Shown here: piece by piece, positions 1-13,009 of the stretch
Position numbering within the stretch: position 1 is the stretch's first letter
Layout: every line of letters begins with the position of its first letter
Assembly: GCA_964016885.1 (NCBI GenBank)
Contig: OZ024741.1
Coordinates: 389,732,001 to 389,796,000, forward strand
Direction: 5' to 3'
Source of the DNA: Eledone cirrhosa
Taxonomy: Eukaryota
Length of the DNA: 64,000 bases
Notes under the pieces: generated by a model
Database searches by the model: none
Told to the model about the DNA's origin: nothing
The model's input: the letters and a program-made list of their open reading frames with translations, nothing else
Position numbers and translations under genes: made by a program

Positions 1-511
1 AAAACCTGGGACGACTTGATAAATTCCGACCTCACACACTTACACCTCTCCAAGACAATGTCACTGGACCGAGATCTTTGGCGCTACACAGTTATACAGA
101 AGACCTGCCTTACCTAAGTACAAAGCGAAACCTACAGTCAGTAGGCACCTCTAACAAAAATACACCCCCGTCCCACCACCCCCACCCCATCCACACCACC
201 CCTTTCAATGTAAAGTTATGTTGGTACCACAACATCCAGTCCGAAATAAATGAGGTCGTGTAGGTGTCACGAAAAAAAAAACACACAGTCCACGCTGTAA
301 TGTGGCCGTGTAGGTAACACGGTAAAAACCTCCCAGCCCCACACTGTAAATGTGGTTGGTGTTAAGAAGGGCATCCAGCCGTAGAAAACCCGCCAGATAG
401 TACTATACGAGCAAGACAACCAATCTTGCCTCAAGTGGGAAAACTCCCGTCCAAACCCATGCAAGCGTGGAAGATGGACGTTAAACGATGATGATGATGA
501 TGATGATGATG
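1..511 (+). mobile_element. RTE-clade LINE, 3' end (ORF C-terminus, 3' UTR, (GAT)n tail)
   Basis: Frame 1 reads KTWDDLINSDLTHLHLSKTMSLDRDLWRY..., matching the C-terminus of the RTE ORF at 5696-6619. It ends GGACGTTAAAC(GAT)n and runs into (TA)n/(TG)n. Confidence 0.9.
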
Positions 512-559
<48 letters not shown>

Positions 560-602
560 TTGCATATATATATATGTGTATATATATGTATATATATATA
601 TA
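512..602. repeat. Compound (TA)n/(TG)n microsatellite
   Basis: Directly visible. Confidence 0.95.
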
Positions 603-669
603 TTATCATCATCGTCTGCTTTTCCCTGCTTGCAAGGGTTGGACGGGTCTTATTCAGCACAGCATCTCT

Positions 670-1220
670 CCACTTGTCATTGTATAAAAAAGTGCAGAGC
701 GCTCAAAGTTGATGGACACCTTGGAGTGCAGAGACCCAGGAAGATTTGGTATGAGATGATAAAAGCTGACCTTGCTCAATTGCACAACACAGGACAGGGA
801 TCTCTGGCATTATGCAGTAATACGGGAGACCTGCCTTCCCATGGGCACTGGCTGAAGCTGAAGCATACATATATATAGTGTGTACCACCCCACCCTCCCA
901 TACATCTACATGAGGACAGGCTGTAGCATATATCCAGTGAAGCCTCCAGTCCACACTGTAAAGTAGTTGTGATGATGACACGACAAAAAGTGCCCAGCCC
1001 ACATTGTAGAGTGGTCGTGTAGGAGTCACAACAAAAAGCACCCAGTCCACACTGTAAATGTGGTTGGTCTTAGGAAGGGCATCCAGCCATAGAAACCAAG
1101 TCAGAAACAGTCTTGTGGTTGCAAGACACAGTTACCTGACCCAACTTGCCTCAAATGGGACAACCCATCTAACCCATGCAAGTGTGATAAAATGGACGTT
1201 AAACGGTGATGATGATGATT
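670..1220 (+). mobile_element. Degenerate RTE LINE 3' end; subfamily with about 2.3 copies of the 48-bp unit in its 3' UTR
   Basis: Translation CIKKCRALKVDGHLGVQRPRKIWYEMIKADL; (GAT)n tail near 1208-1219; bases 945-1060 are the reverse complement of the satellite monomer. Confidence 0.85.
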
Positions 1221-1499
1221 TATACATGAGCAGTGAAGGAGGTTACTCTGAAAGCATGGTAGCTTAGGGAGGAGGCTGAACTTCATAACAGATTTGATAA
1301 AGGACCATGAGTAAAATTTGGAGAAGAGAAACTGAGGATGTCTGTGGGTGGGAGGGATGTTTTGTCCTTAGATGTAATCCACAACATGATTTAACATCAC
1401 AACCTTGTCATTGAGTACCATTAGCAGTGTCTATTCTATTGCAAACATTTGGGGTAAGTCTTTGATTCAAGAATAATTTCCTCTTTCTCTCACCTTTTA

Positions 1500-1950
1500 C
1501 CTGTCTACCATGTGTCTTTTACCTGTCCCCCACCTATCACCCACCTATCCCCCACCTATCCCTCACCTATCTCTCACCTGTCCCCTACCTATCCCCACCT
1601 GTCTCCCACATATTTCCCACCTGTCTTGCACCTATCCCCCAACTGTCCCCCACCTACCCCCCACCTGTCCCCCAACTGTCCCCCAACTGTCCCCCACCTA
1701 TCTCCCACCTATCCCCCATCTATCTCCCACCTATCCCCCAACTGTCCCCCACTTATCTCACACCTGTCCCCCACCTATCTCTCACCTGTCTCCCACCTAT
1801 CTCTCACCTGTCTCCCACCTGTCTCCCACCTATCTCTCACCTGTCTCCCACCTATTTCTCACTTGTCCTCCACATATCTACCACCTATCTCCCACATACC
1901 TTCCACCTATACCCCACTTGTCTCCTACCTGTTCCCAACCTATCCCTGAG
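1500..1950. repeat. C-rich ~11-bp minisatellite (CCCACCTATCT / CCCACCTGTCC variants)
   Basis: Directly visible tandem units; the ORFs over it are low-complexity PTY/HLS repeats. Confidence 0.9.
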
Positions 1951-2043
1951 CCCTGAAAAATGTTACAGGGGTGGGGGGCTGTTCTGCTTCCTCTGATTAA
2001 GCAATAAATACAAATATTAAAAGTTAAATACCTGTTGACTTAA

Positions 2044-2250
2044 CCCTTTAGCATTTAAACCGGCTGAATCCAGCTAGAATTCTCTCACCTCTTTCTGTTC
2101 AAACCGGCCATAACTAGCCACTCATACTGATGTTAAGGTATTTTTCTCAAAAAAATATATCAAAATCTCATAGGATTCGATATTATGTGAAGTAAAGCCT
2201 TTACCACGAAAATATAATAGTAAATATAGAGTAATGTAAATGGTACAGGG
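2044..2250. mobile_element. piggyBac-type MITE
   Basis: TTAA on both sides (2040-2043, 2251-2254); imperfect TIR CCCTTTAGCATT / AATGGTACAGGG. Confidence 0.6.
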
Positions 2251-2347
2251 TTAAGAAACATTTGGTGAATTTGAAATTAGAAACGTGGTCGTCTCAACAC
2301 AGAAATGTCTATAATAATTGTGACTGTTATTATTATAGAAATGCCTA

Positions 2348-2540
2348 TAATAACTGTTTCTACTTTTGGCACAAGGCCAGCAAATACCCAGTGCATTACT
2401 GGTACTTTATTTTATCGATCCCATAAGGATGAAAGGCAAAGTTAACCTCGGCGGGATTTGAACTCAGAATGGAAAGGGGCGTAACTCTATGCGTCAAAGC
2501 ATGGCGTCCGACCCTCTACTGATACTGCCAATCCACCAAT
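2348..2540 (-). mobile_element. tRNA-derived SINE
   Basis: Reverse complement of the SINE at 17557-17750; B-box GAGTTCAAATCC; A/T-rich tail. Confidence 0.85.
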
Positions 2541-2584
2541 AATAACAGTCAATAGTAGTTGAAAAAATTAGTATTTTTGTCAAT

Positions 2585-2775
2585 TTGATCAGTATCGAAA
2601 GAGCGTCAGACACCGTGCTTTGCAGCAGAGAGTTATGGCTCTTTACGTTCTGGGTTCAAATCCCGCCGATGTTAACTTTGCCTTTCATCCTTACGGGGTC
2701 CATAAAATAAAGTACCAGTAATGCACTGGAGTAATTGCTGGCCTTGTGCCATAAGTAGAAACAATTATTTATAAT
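2585..2775 (+). mobile_element. tRNA-derived SINE
   Basis: GGGTTCAAATCCCGCCGA...GCCTTTCATCCTTACGGGGTC...GGCCTTGTGCC core. Confidence 0.85.
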
Positions 2776-2789
2776 AGTCAACTATTATT

Positions 2790-2897
2790 ATAAATCCCAC
2801 CAAGGTTAACTTTGCCTTTCATCCTTACGGGGTCGATAAAATAAAGTACCACTGGGATAATTGCTGGCCTTGTGCCAAAAGTAGAAACAATTATTAT
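2790..2897 (+). mobile_element. 5'-truncated tRNA-derived SINE
   Basis: Same core, starting at the end of the B-box. Confidence 0.8.
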
Positions 2898-3197
2898 AGT
2901 TATTTCTGTGTTGGGATAACTACATTTCGATTTTAAAATTAAAGATTTTCCATTTTCCCACCTATTTTTGAAGTCTCTTCTTCTTTACTTCCGTTTGCTC
3001 CTCATAAAGAGATATCCAGACTGCACAGTTGCAAACCTTGTCATAAGTCTGCTCCCAGACCAGGTCTCTACTCGTCGTTCCGGTTATAATTTCGATTGAC
3101 GTGTTTGTGTGTGTGTTCGCGCGCGCGCGTGCGCGTGTTTTAAAATAGTGAGGGGAGATTATTCTTGATAAGTAATCTCCCCTTAAATTTAAGAATT

Positions 3198-3375
3198 GTA
3201 ATAATTGTTTCTATATTTGGCACAAGGCCACCAATTATACTAGTGCATTACTGGTGCTTTATTTTAGCAACCCTTTAAGGAAGAAGGGCAAAGTTAACGC
3301 CGGCGGCATTTGAACTCAGACCGTAAAGAGGCGTAACTCTATTCTACAAAGCATGGCCACCGACCCTCTACCGAT
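3198..3375 (-). mobile_element. tRNA-derived SINE (diverged)
   Basis: Reverse-complement match to the same family. Confidence 0.8.
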
Positions 3376-3728
3376 AGATTTGCTTCTCTTAGTTTTCATT
3401 TTTATTTTAAAAAAAAGAACATTGTAACACTCCATCCCTTATCTCTTCTCAATACAGGCCAAAAACTATCTAGCATTTCAAAGTGAAGGGGAGAGAGGGA
3501 TTCTGTACCTTTGGGTATGAGTCCCATTTCAGGTACTGTCTGATAGAGCCAGTTGAGCCTGACTCAAATCATTACCCTCTATTTTCAAAGGAACATTAGA
3601 TAATTCTTACTGAATTATCGAATGAAACATAGTTAATTATTTATCTATAGATAAAACCATAAATTTGTAGTTGATTGAATCATTTCCAGCAAATATCTGT
3701 TACTTATTTCATTTACTCCAGATAAAAG

Positions 3729-4000
3729 GCATCATCGTCATCATTATCATTTAAAGTCCTCTTTCCATGCTAGCAAGGGTTGGATGGGTCTAAGTAGACT
3801 AAGTCAGTACTGAAGTGGAGCTACTGACCTCCGAGACTGGCTGAGGTATCCTGCTTACATATGGTCATGTATTCTATCGAGTGCAATTATCATATCTTTT
3901 GACACAAACTGAAGGGTCCTCCCAACCTTTTATTAGGCAAGCTTTCTATGGCTTGAAGCCCTTCCTCTCACCAACCACTTTATAGCATATACTGTGTGTT
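3729..4000 (-). mobile_element. RTE-tail-bearing interspersed repeat (second copy at 46355-46610, opposite strand)
   Basis: (CAT)n tail, CATGCTAGCAAGGGTT motif, and GACACAAACTGAAGGGTCCTCCCAACC shared with 46425-46455. Confidence 0.65.
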
Positions 4001-4558
4001 TTTATTGTGTAGATCACAAGCACTAGGGAGGTTGTCATGTTCTTGACACAACTAAAGGAAAAATTGATTCAGGTGGAATTCAAACATAAGGAAAAACTCA
4101 AGGCACATAATTAAATGCTGCAAAACATCTAGTCTGGAATTTTATCATTTCTGTCAGTCCACCACTTGAAATAGTTAAAAATTAAGTGTTTTTAAGAAAA
4201 AGATATTATCTTTGGTGATAATTTGTAGCATGTAATCTCTGTTTGTCCAGCTCCTTTGAAATGGAAAAAATATTTTCATTGAATTAAATAACAAATGTGA
4301 GTGTGTGTTTAATTGGCACAGGAATGCTACCACTTAAAATAAAAACTTGTTGAATAAATTAGCAAAATTTAATAAGCGGGGTGTGAGGAACAAGAATGGG
4401 GAGTGGTTTGAAAAAATCTGAAAAATTAATAAGCATGATAGGGGTGATTATTCAAGACCTAAGAGTATATTTTAAAATAAAAGAAGAAAAAGAATATTTT
4501 AACAAAGGAAGTAAAGAAAGAACAGAATTAGAGGTTTAAAATTGATTATTTATATATA

Positions 4559-5201
4559 TCTACATATATAAAGTTGTAGTTCCTGTCTGTTTGTTTGTTT
4601 ACGAACTCCTCCTATGGTTTTGGAAATAGACCTCCATAACCATATATATTCTGAAACTACATTGCCCAGGGTACTTGGATAAGTATATTTCATTTTAATC
4701 AAAGGGTTCCCTGGGGGCAAAAATCCCCAACCTCCGTTGAACATTTTTTCCCTCAATTTATATGAAATTTAAACCATAGGTAAATGACAAGATATGATGC
4801 CTATTCACAAAATTTCAGCAAATTTCAATAATATTAAGATACCCTAATGGGGGTTAAATTCCCATTGAAAATTTTGGAAGCCCGTAACTTCAGTATTGGA
4901 ACTTTGAATTTCTAATTTGAAAATAATGCTTTACACAAAAATGAAATGATCAAGTTTTGAATTGATATTTGGAAAAAAATTATTTACAAGAAACAAAATA
5001 AGAATAAGATTTAATAATGTAATTTTGATTTGATATATTACAAAAAATAATGTTTTCCAATTTTTTATGCATTACATTTTACATCGAGTAATATTGAAAT
5101 GCAGAGTTTTTCTCCATAAATTATATCACTGATTGAAAATCAATCATCATTTTCTTACAAAAAAAATGTGAAATGCAACAATGCATGGGTAATTCGGCTA
5201 G
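4559..5201 (+). mobile_element. Non-autonomous Helitron
   Basis: Starts A|TCTACATATATAAAG, followed by (GTTT/GTCT)n; ends ...GCATGGGTAATTCGGCTAG|T with no TSD, matching the 5'-TC / CTAG-3' Helitron termini. Confidence 0.65.
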
Positions 5202-5205
5202 TATA

Positions 5206-6813
5206 TCATCATCATCATCATCATCGTTTAACGTCCCTGTTCCACGCTTGCATGGGTTTGGACGGGGGTTTTCCCACTTGAGGCAAGAGTGGTTGTCTTG
5301 CTCGCATAGGACTGTCTGGCGGGTTTTCTACAGATGGATGCCCTTCCTAACACCAACCACATTTACAGTGTGGGGCTGGGAGGTTTTTACCATGTTGCCT
5401 ACACGGCCACATTACAGCGTGGACTGTCTGGCAGGTTTTCTACAGCTGGATGCCCTTCCTAACACCAACCACATTTACAGTGTGGGACTGGGAGGTTTTT
5501 ACCGTGTTGCCTACACGGTCACATTACAGCGTGGACTGTGTGTTTTTTTGTCGTGACACCTACACGATCTCGTTTGTTTCGGCCTGGATGTTGTGGCACC
5601 AATATAACTTTGCATTGAAGGGGGCGGTGTGGATGGGGTGGGACGGGGGTGTATTTTGTTAGAGATGCCTACTGACTAGTAGTTTTACTTTGTATTTAGG
5701 TGAGGCGGGTCTTCTCTGTTACTGAGTACCGCCAAAGGTCTCGGTCCAGTGACATTGTCTTGGAGAGGTGTAAGTGTGTGAGGTCGGAATTTATCAGCTC
5801 GTCCCAGGTTTTTCTGGGTCTGCCTACTCCGTGGCTACCATCTATCTTTATTGCCCTGCACTTTGTTATACAGCTGTCGTCTTTCATGCGCATCACGTGA
5901 CCATACCAACGTAGCCTTCTCTCGAGTAAACAACATCTGATCCCTCTTATTTCTAATTTTTTCCTTAGTTCGTTTATGCTTTGCCGTTCGCGTATATTAC
6001 TATTACACATCCAGCGGAGCATGCAAGCTTCGTTCCTCTCTAGTCTGCGTATATCCTCTGCACACAATGCCCAGGTCTCACTGCCATGCAACATTGCTGT
6101 TCGTATGCAGGCATCATACAACCTGCCTTTCATTTTTAGGGAGAATCCTTTAGCGGCCAATAGTGGTATAAGCTCTCTGAACTTTTTCCATCCAGTTCTG
6201 ACTCTAGCTACTGTACTTTCAGAGCACCCTCCCCCACTGCTGATTTTGTCACCCAGGTAACGGAAGCTGTTCACTATTTCTATAGAACCCTCTGCGCAAT
6301 TGAAAGAGTTAGTGTTTTGTGGGCACTTGCTGCTACTTATTGCATCAGAGCACCGGCCACATGTAAAATCTGTGTTCTTAGTTAGCTTACCTGTGATCCC
6401 ACTACATCTTTTATGCACCCATACTTTGCATTTGGGACATAAAATGGAGTTTCTACCTACGCCTTTCCTACACACTGAGCATGGCCATTTCCCGGAGGGG
6501 ACCGGCGCCTTATTTTCTTTCCTACAAACTAGAACTTTAGTCTTAGCCAGGTTAATTTTAAGGCCTTTTGATTCTAGGCCGTGCTTCCATGTTTGGAATT
6601 TCTTCTCTAGCTCGGCCATTGATTCAGCTATGAGCGTTAGATCATCTGCGTATAGGAGTTCCCATGGGCAGCCGGTCTTGAACTCCTCTGTTATAGCCTG
6701 AAGGGCAATAATAAATAGTAGGGGGCTAAGAACAGAGCCCTGATGGACACCAACTTTTACGCTAAACTCTTCACTATATTCGTTGTTAATTCTAACCTTG
6801 CTGACTGTTTCTT
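5206..6813 (-). mobile_element. 5'-truncated RTE LINE with open RT C-terminal half (ORF 5696-~6810)
   Basis: GVHQGSVLSPLLF and YADDL RT motifs, C4HC3 finger, FRYLG, RRLRWYGHVMRM, GRPRKTW; (CAT)n tail at 5206-5225. Confidence 0.95.
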
Positions 6814-6959
6814 TATATATATATATATATAAGAAAATAGTTCTTAATTTTTGAGTTGTGTGTCTGTATTTGTTTGCTATGTGTGTGTATGTGTATGGGG
6901 TGATAAATAGCTTGTTGTCTTTAATACATCTAAAACTAAACTGCTATCTTTTAATCACC

Positions 6960-7776
<817 letters not shown>

Positions 7777-8164
7777 AGTGTGTGCTGTAACTTTTTTTCC
7801 TGTGACATTTTCTCCAGTGATATTTTTTTCCTGTGCCATTTTTACTTACACCTTTCTTCTCTGGCCTCTTCATTTTATGCCAAATATTGCACCTAATAAT
7901 TCTGCTATTATTTAAGTACAAAATTCTAGGAAACACATACAGCACTTTAGTATCCTCCACAGGATGCAAAGAAAACAGAAAACACCACACAAAATAAATA
8001 CCTTACTAAAATAGGAAAGGTAAAAAGAGGATTCCAGCTTCAACCAAATATATCATGTCATTTTTAAGTTCTACCTTGTGCACTTGTATTCTAACAAATA
8101 ATTCGTTGGATGTGCAATGTAAATGTGAGAGAAAGACAGAGCTTGGATGTCCTAAGAAATAAAC

Positions 8165-8442
8165 TGGATTTAAGAGGAATCTGAAGTGGTGTGCAAGAGA
8201 AAACTGCATTGGTACGGACATGTATGTGATGTGCATGGATGATTATCGCCGGGTGAAGAAGTACCAGGAAATCCCAGTAGAAGGAAGCCACAGTAGAGGA
8301 AAACCTAGGAAGACCTGGGTATATTTGGTGAGAGCTGATTTCAAATCACTAAGACACGCAAAGGAGATGACAAAGGAACTCAGTGAGTGGAGAGATGCTG
8401 GGTTGAAAAGGACCTGTCCAACTCATACAAGCATGGAAAAAT
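8165..8442 (+). mobile_element. Old RTE LINE 3' fragment
   Basis: Translation MCMDDYRRVKKYQEIPVEGSHSRGKPRKTW...EWRDAGL. Confidence 0.75.
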
Positions 8443-8452
8443 GTGTATATAT

Positions 8453-9607
8453 ATCATCATCATCATCATCACCGTTTTACGTCCGTTCTTCCACGCTAGC
8501 ATGGGTTAGACGGGTTGTCCTGTTGTGGGCAGTGTCTGGTCGGCTGACCATGCCTTGCTCATACAGGAACTGATTTGGCTTGGTTTCTACAGCTGGATGC
8601 CCTTCCTAACACCAACCTCATTTACAGTGAGTGCTGGGTACTTTTTTCCGTGGCGCCTACACGTCCCCTTTACAGTGTGGGCTGGGTGCTTTTTTTCCGT
8701 GGCACCTCCACGACCACCTTGCGGTGGGGGGTGTGGGGGCATATTGTCTATATGCTTCAGCTTGTACCCATGGGAGGTCGGGTACTCTGTATTACTGCGT
8801 GACGCCAGAAGTCACGGTCGTGTGTCATTGTCTTTGAGAGGTGTAATTGGGTAAGGTCGGCTTTTATCACCTCATCCCAGGTCATCTTGGGTCTCCCCAC
8901 TCCGCGGTTTCCATCAACTTCTAGTGCTCTGCACCTTTTTATGCAGCTGTCATCCTTCATACACATCACATGTCCATACCAGCGCAACCGCCTCTCCTGC
9001 ACACAGCATTTGATTCCTCTTATGCTCAGTCTCTCTCTCAATTCATTTATGCTTTGTCGTTCACGTATATTATTGTTACACATCCATCGGAGCATGCAGG
9101 CTTCGTTTCTCTCTAATCTACGTAAGTCTTCCACCTTCAGCGCCCAGGTCTCGCCACCATGCAACATCGCTGTTCGGATACACGCATCATACAGTCTGCC
9201 TTTCATTCTGAGGGAGAAGCCTTTTGCAGTTAACAGTGGTAGTAGTTCCCTAAACTTCTTCCATCCCGTTCTTACCCTAGTTATTGCACTTTCTGAACAC
9301 CCACCTCCGTTGCTAATTCGGTCACCTAGGTAGCAGAAGCTGTCAACTGTTTCTACAGGGCCCTCCCAGAGATTGGTGGTACTTGTTTCCTGTGGCTGTT
9401 TGCTGTCTCAGCACAGCTGCTGCATGTGAATCCTACATTCTTATTTAAGCTTCCTGAGATCCCGCTACATCTCTTGTGTACCCATTGTTTGCATTTGGGG
9501 CAGAGAATGGAGTTCCTACCTACACCTTTCCTACATACTGAGCAAGGCCATTTCCCTGAGGGGATCTGGGTTCTGTTTTCTCGTCTACTTACAAGGACCT
9601 TAGTCTT
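8453..9607 (-). mobile_element. 5'-truncated RTE LINE (second subfamily, interrupted ORF)
   Basis: ORFs 8757-9206 and 9353-9652 are homologous to the 5696-6619 protein; (CAT)n tail; (TA)n on both flanks. Confidence 0.92.
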
Positions 9608-9615
9608 TATATATA

Positions 9616-9649
<34 letters not shown>

Positions 9650-10219
9650 CAAAAAACGATGATGAGGAGGATATATATATAATTCAAATTATCTGCTGAG
9701 AAACATAATAATCATACATATTATATATGTTATGATACCTTAATACATATGTTTGTGTGTGAGTGTGTGTGTGTGTAGTGAAATCTCTTCACACACGTTG
9801 AGTTGGCGTCAGTTTGTCTGGAGTAGCTGGTTAGCTTGAGGTGAAAACAAGATAAGTTCTTCTTTTGTCTCAGTCAACTCTAGTAACTTGGAAGAGAAGC
9901 ATCACTTCAAACTACTCAAACAAGTTGAGAGATGAAGCACTTAGCAAAAATATCTTCGGCACTGTTGACAAGGGCCCAACAGCAATTCTTCCATCGGCAC
10001 TTCAACCACAACTCAGCTCCCCTTGCACTGTGAAATTACTACCACCTATGCTGGTATGTACACCTTGAAACAACTTGTCACTTTTTAATTGACCATAGCA
10101 TGATAAACACATGATAACATAAAGCACCAGTAATGCACTGGGATAATTGCTAGCCTTGTGCCAAAAGTAGAAACAATTATTTTGGCTTTTTACTGAAGTG
10201 ACGTAAAGTTATATCTCTA

Positions 10220-10687
<468 letters not shown>

Positions 10688-11171
10688 CACCGTGTAACAA
10701 AAAAAAAATTTTCTCTGGTCCTGGCTTGTAATCACTTTTTTTGTTTTGCTTAGGTCCCAAATAAATTTAAAAAATGCTATTAAACTGTTAAAAGTTGGGG
10801 TTTGTAAAAATTCTAGCTATTCACTAGAATTTTTGTATGCTGGATTTTACGTTGTATGTAAGTTTAATTTGCTTATGTTAAATGATTTTTTTATATATGT
10901 TTCAGATTAAATTAAAATTATAAAATAAAGAGTAATACCTAAAGAAAATTATAAAAGTGCAATAAAGTATAAAATTGTTAAAAAGTGGATTAAAGAGATT
11001 TATTGATACTGGATTTTCGCACCCTGAATAAAGGGTAAGTTGTGTTTTAAGCATTCGTCTCCAGGATGAAGCAGTGGAACTTGGTCAAGGAGGAAGACAA
11101 GTCAGAGAAGTCGACACAAACCTTTCTCAGGCTTTTACACTCTTAGGGATGGCCTCTGCTTCTGCCATGAT

Positions 11172-12137
11172 GTGCCTGGACTGTTTGACGTTATTGGGGT
11201 GTCGTTTGTGCCCAAGGAGTGGCGGCTATTTATAGACAGCTCCACCACAAGTTTGAAAGCTGTCCTCCTCCACAATGGAAACAAGTTCCCGACACTGCCC
11301 CTAGCTCATTCAGTCTGCCTGAAGGAAGATTACTACAGTGTGAAAGTCCTCTTGGAAGCTCTGCAATACAACCAGTACAATTGGGAAATCATTGGAGACT
11401 TCAAGATGGTAGCTTTCCTGCTTGGACTCCAAGGAGGCTTTATCAAATTCCAATGCTTCCTCTGCTTTTGGGACAGCAGAGCCACCTCTGACCACTACAA
11501 AAGAAAGAACTGGGAGCAGCGAACAGAATTTGTAGTTGGGACCCGGAACGTCATGTGGGAGCCACTGGTTGATCCCAGGATTGTGCTCATGCCGCCACTG
11601 CACATTAAGTTGGGGTTGATGAAGCAGTTTGTGAAGGCTCTCAACCAAGAATCAGCTGCTTTTAAGTACCTTCTTGAGTTCTTCTCCAAGTTATCTGAGG
11701 CCAAAATCAAAGGTGGAATTTTTGTTGGACCTCAGATAAAGAAGGTGTTTGAGTCTACCGAGTTCTCCAATAAGCTCAACAGGATTGAGAGAACAGCATG
11801 GAACTGTTTCAAGGCAGTTGTTAAGGGCTTCCTGAGCAACTACAGAGCTGAAAACTACCAGCAACTGGTGCAGGATCTGATAAAGGCTTTTGGCGCCATG
11901 GGATGCAGGATGTCGCTTAAACTCCATATGCTGGACGCTCACCTGGAAAAATTCAAGGACAATATGGGCGCCTACTCAGAAGAACAAGGCGAACGATTCC
12001 ACCAAGAAGTGAAAGAGATAGAGCGGATGTACCAGGGCCACTACAATGAAAAAATGATGGGGGACTATATCTGGGGGCTAGTGCGGGAATGCGACCTGGA
12101 CTACAACCGCAAATCCAGGAAATCCAGTCATTTCTGA
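11172..12137 (+). CDS. Chapaev3 transposase, C-terminal catalytic portion (N-terminus broken)
   Basis: Motifs WRLFIDSS, GDFKM, CFLCFWDSRA, PPLHIKLGLMKQFVKAL, SEEQGERFHQ; upstream remnant SRMKQWNL is out of frame. Confidence 0.85.
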   Translation: MPGLFDVIGVSFVPKEWRLFIDSSTTSLKAVLLHNGNKFPTLPLAHSVCLKEDYYSVKVLLEALQYNQYNWEIIGDFKMVAFLLGLQGGFIKFQCFLCFWDSRATSDHYKRKNWEQRTEFVVGTRNVMWEPLVDPRIVLMPPLHIKLGLMKQFVKALNQESAAFKYLLEFFSKLSEAKIKGGIFVGPQIKKVFESTEFSNKLNRIERTAWNCFKAVVKGFLSNYRAENYQQLVQDLIKAFGAMGCRMSLKLHMLDAHLEKFKDNMGAYSEEQGERFHQEVKEIERMYQGHYNEKMMGDYIWGLVRECDLDYNRKSRKSSHF

Positions 12138-12191
12138 TGTGTATAAGTTGCTTTATAAGTGTTATTTGTTTTTACTTGTTTGCTTTTGATA

Positions 12192-12456
12192 AGCTTGTGT
12201 TGTTTCCTTGAGCAAGACACTTTATTTCACATTGCTCCAGTTTACTCAGCTGTAGAAATGAGATGATAGGGATTGGGGTCCATATCATTCCACTGCAAAG
12301 TGGACGTGTAGGCGCCATGGCAAAAAAGCACCCAGCACTCACTGTAAATGAGGTTGGTGTTAGGAAGGGCATCCAGCTGTAAAAATCAAGCCAGAATCAG
12401 TTCCCGTCCCACCCTTGCAAGCAGGGAAAAAGCGGGCATAAAATGGAATGATGATA
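12192..12456 (+). mobile_element. SINE fragment joined to an RTE-type 3' tail, nested in the Chapaev3 element
   Basis: TCCTTGAGCAAGACACTTT SINE-core motif, then TTAGGAAGGGCATCCAGCTG and a (GAT)n-like end. Confidence 0.65.
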
Positions 12457-12657
12457 TACTCTGTTGATTTAATTATATGAACTGATAAATTTAAAAAAAA
12501 AGTGTTTTTTCTTGAAAAATATGAAAATTTCAAAATATCAAACTCCTGACCACAAACCCAAACTTCTGATTAAATAGTGTTTTTTTTATAATAATGGGAT
12601 ATAACAAACCATGAAATGACACTTAGAACCGGGGAATAAAAAATATGTTACACAGTG

Positions 12658-12820
12658 TTATTGGAGCACTGGGATATGTTAGTAACTGCCTCAATACAAA
12701 TAGTGAGACGCTGGGCTTCACAGGAACAGACAGAACACAACTAGCTAGGAAATTACAAGTACAATCCATTAATGGAACAGTAAAAATATGTAAAACATTC
12801 CAAAAATGTTGCATCTAATA
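12658..12820 (+). mobile_element. R4/Dong-like element, right part
   Basis: IGALGYVSNCL...LQVQSINGTVKICK continues ...FMPVI in frame once the transposon and one TSD copy are removed. Confidence 0.8.
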
Positions 12821-13009
12821 ACTGCGTATACACATGTACAGATACAAAGCATATACACACACATACAACTCAAAGCATACACATCCACACATACAATAAC
12901 GTCCATACCTACACATGCATGCAGACATGCAGACATATCTACCTAGTTAATGTTGTGTAAATAAGAGCTGTCAGTAGTTTAAAAATGGTCTGTGCAATCT
13001 TGGCAATGT

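Larger units (their letters stand above)
10688..12657 (+). mobile_element. Chapaev3 (CMC superfamily) DNA transposon, internally deleted
   Basis: TIR CACCGTGTAACA / TGTTACACAGTG; 3-bp TSD TTA (10685-10687, 12658-12660); contains the transposase ORF. Confidence 0.88.

Noticed and set aside
1510-1956. Extensin-like proline-rich ORFs
   Set aside because: Translation of an ~11-bp minisatellite.
8007-8090. Possible minus-strand exon (TTAG acceptor, GTAAGG donor; IQVHKVELKNDMIYLVEAGILFLPFLF)
   Set aside because: No recognisable homology or partner exons; cannot be supported without RNA data.
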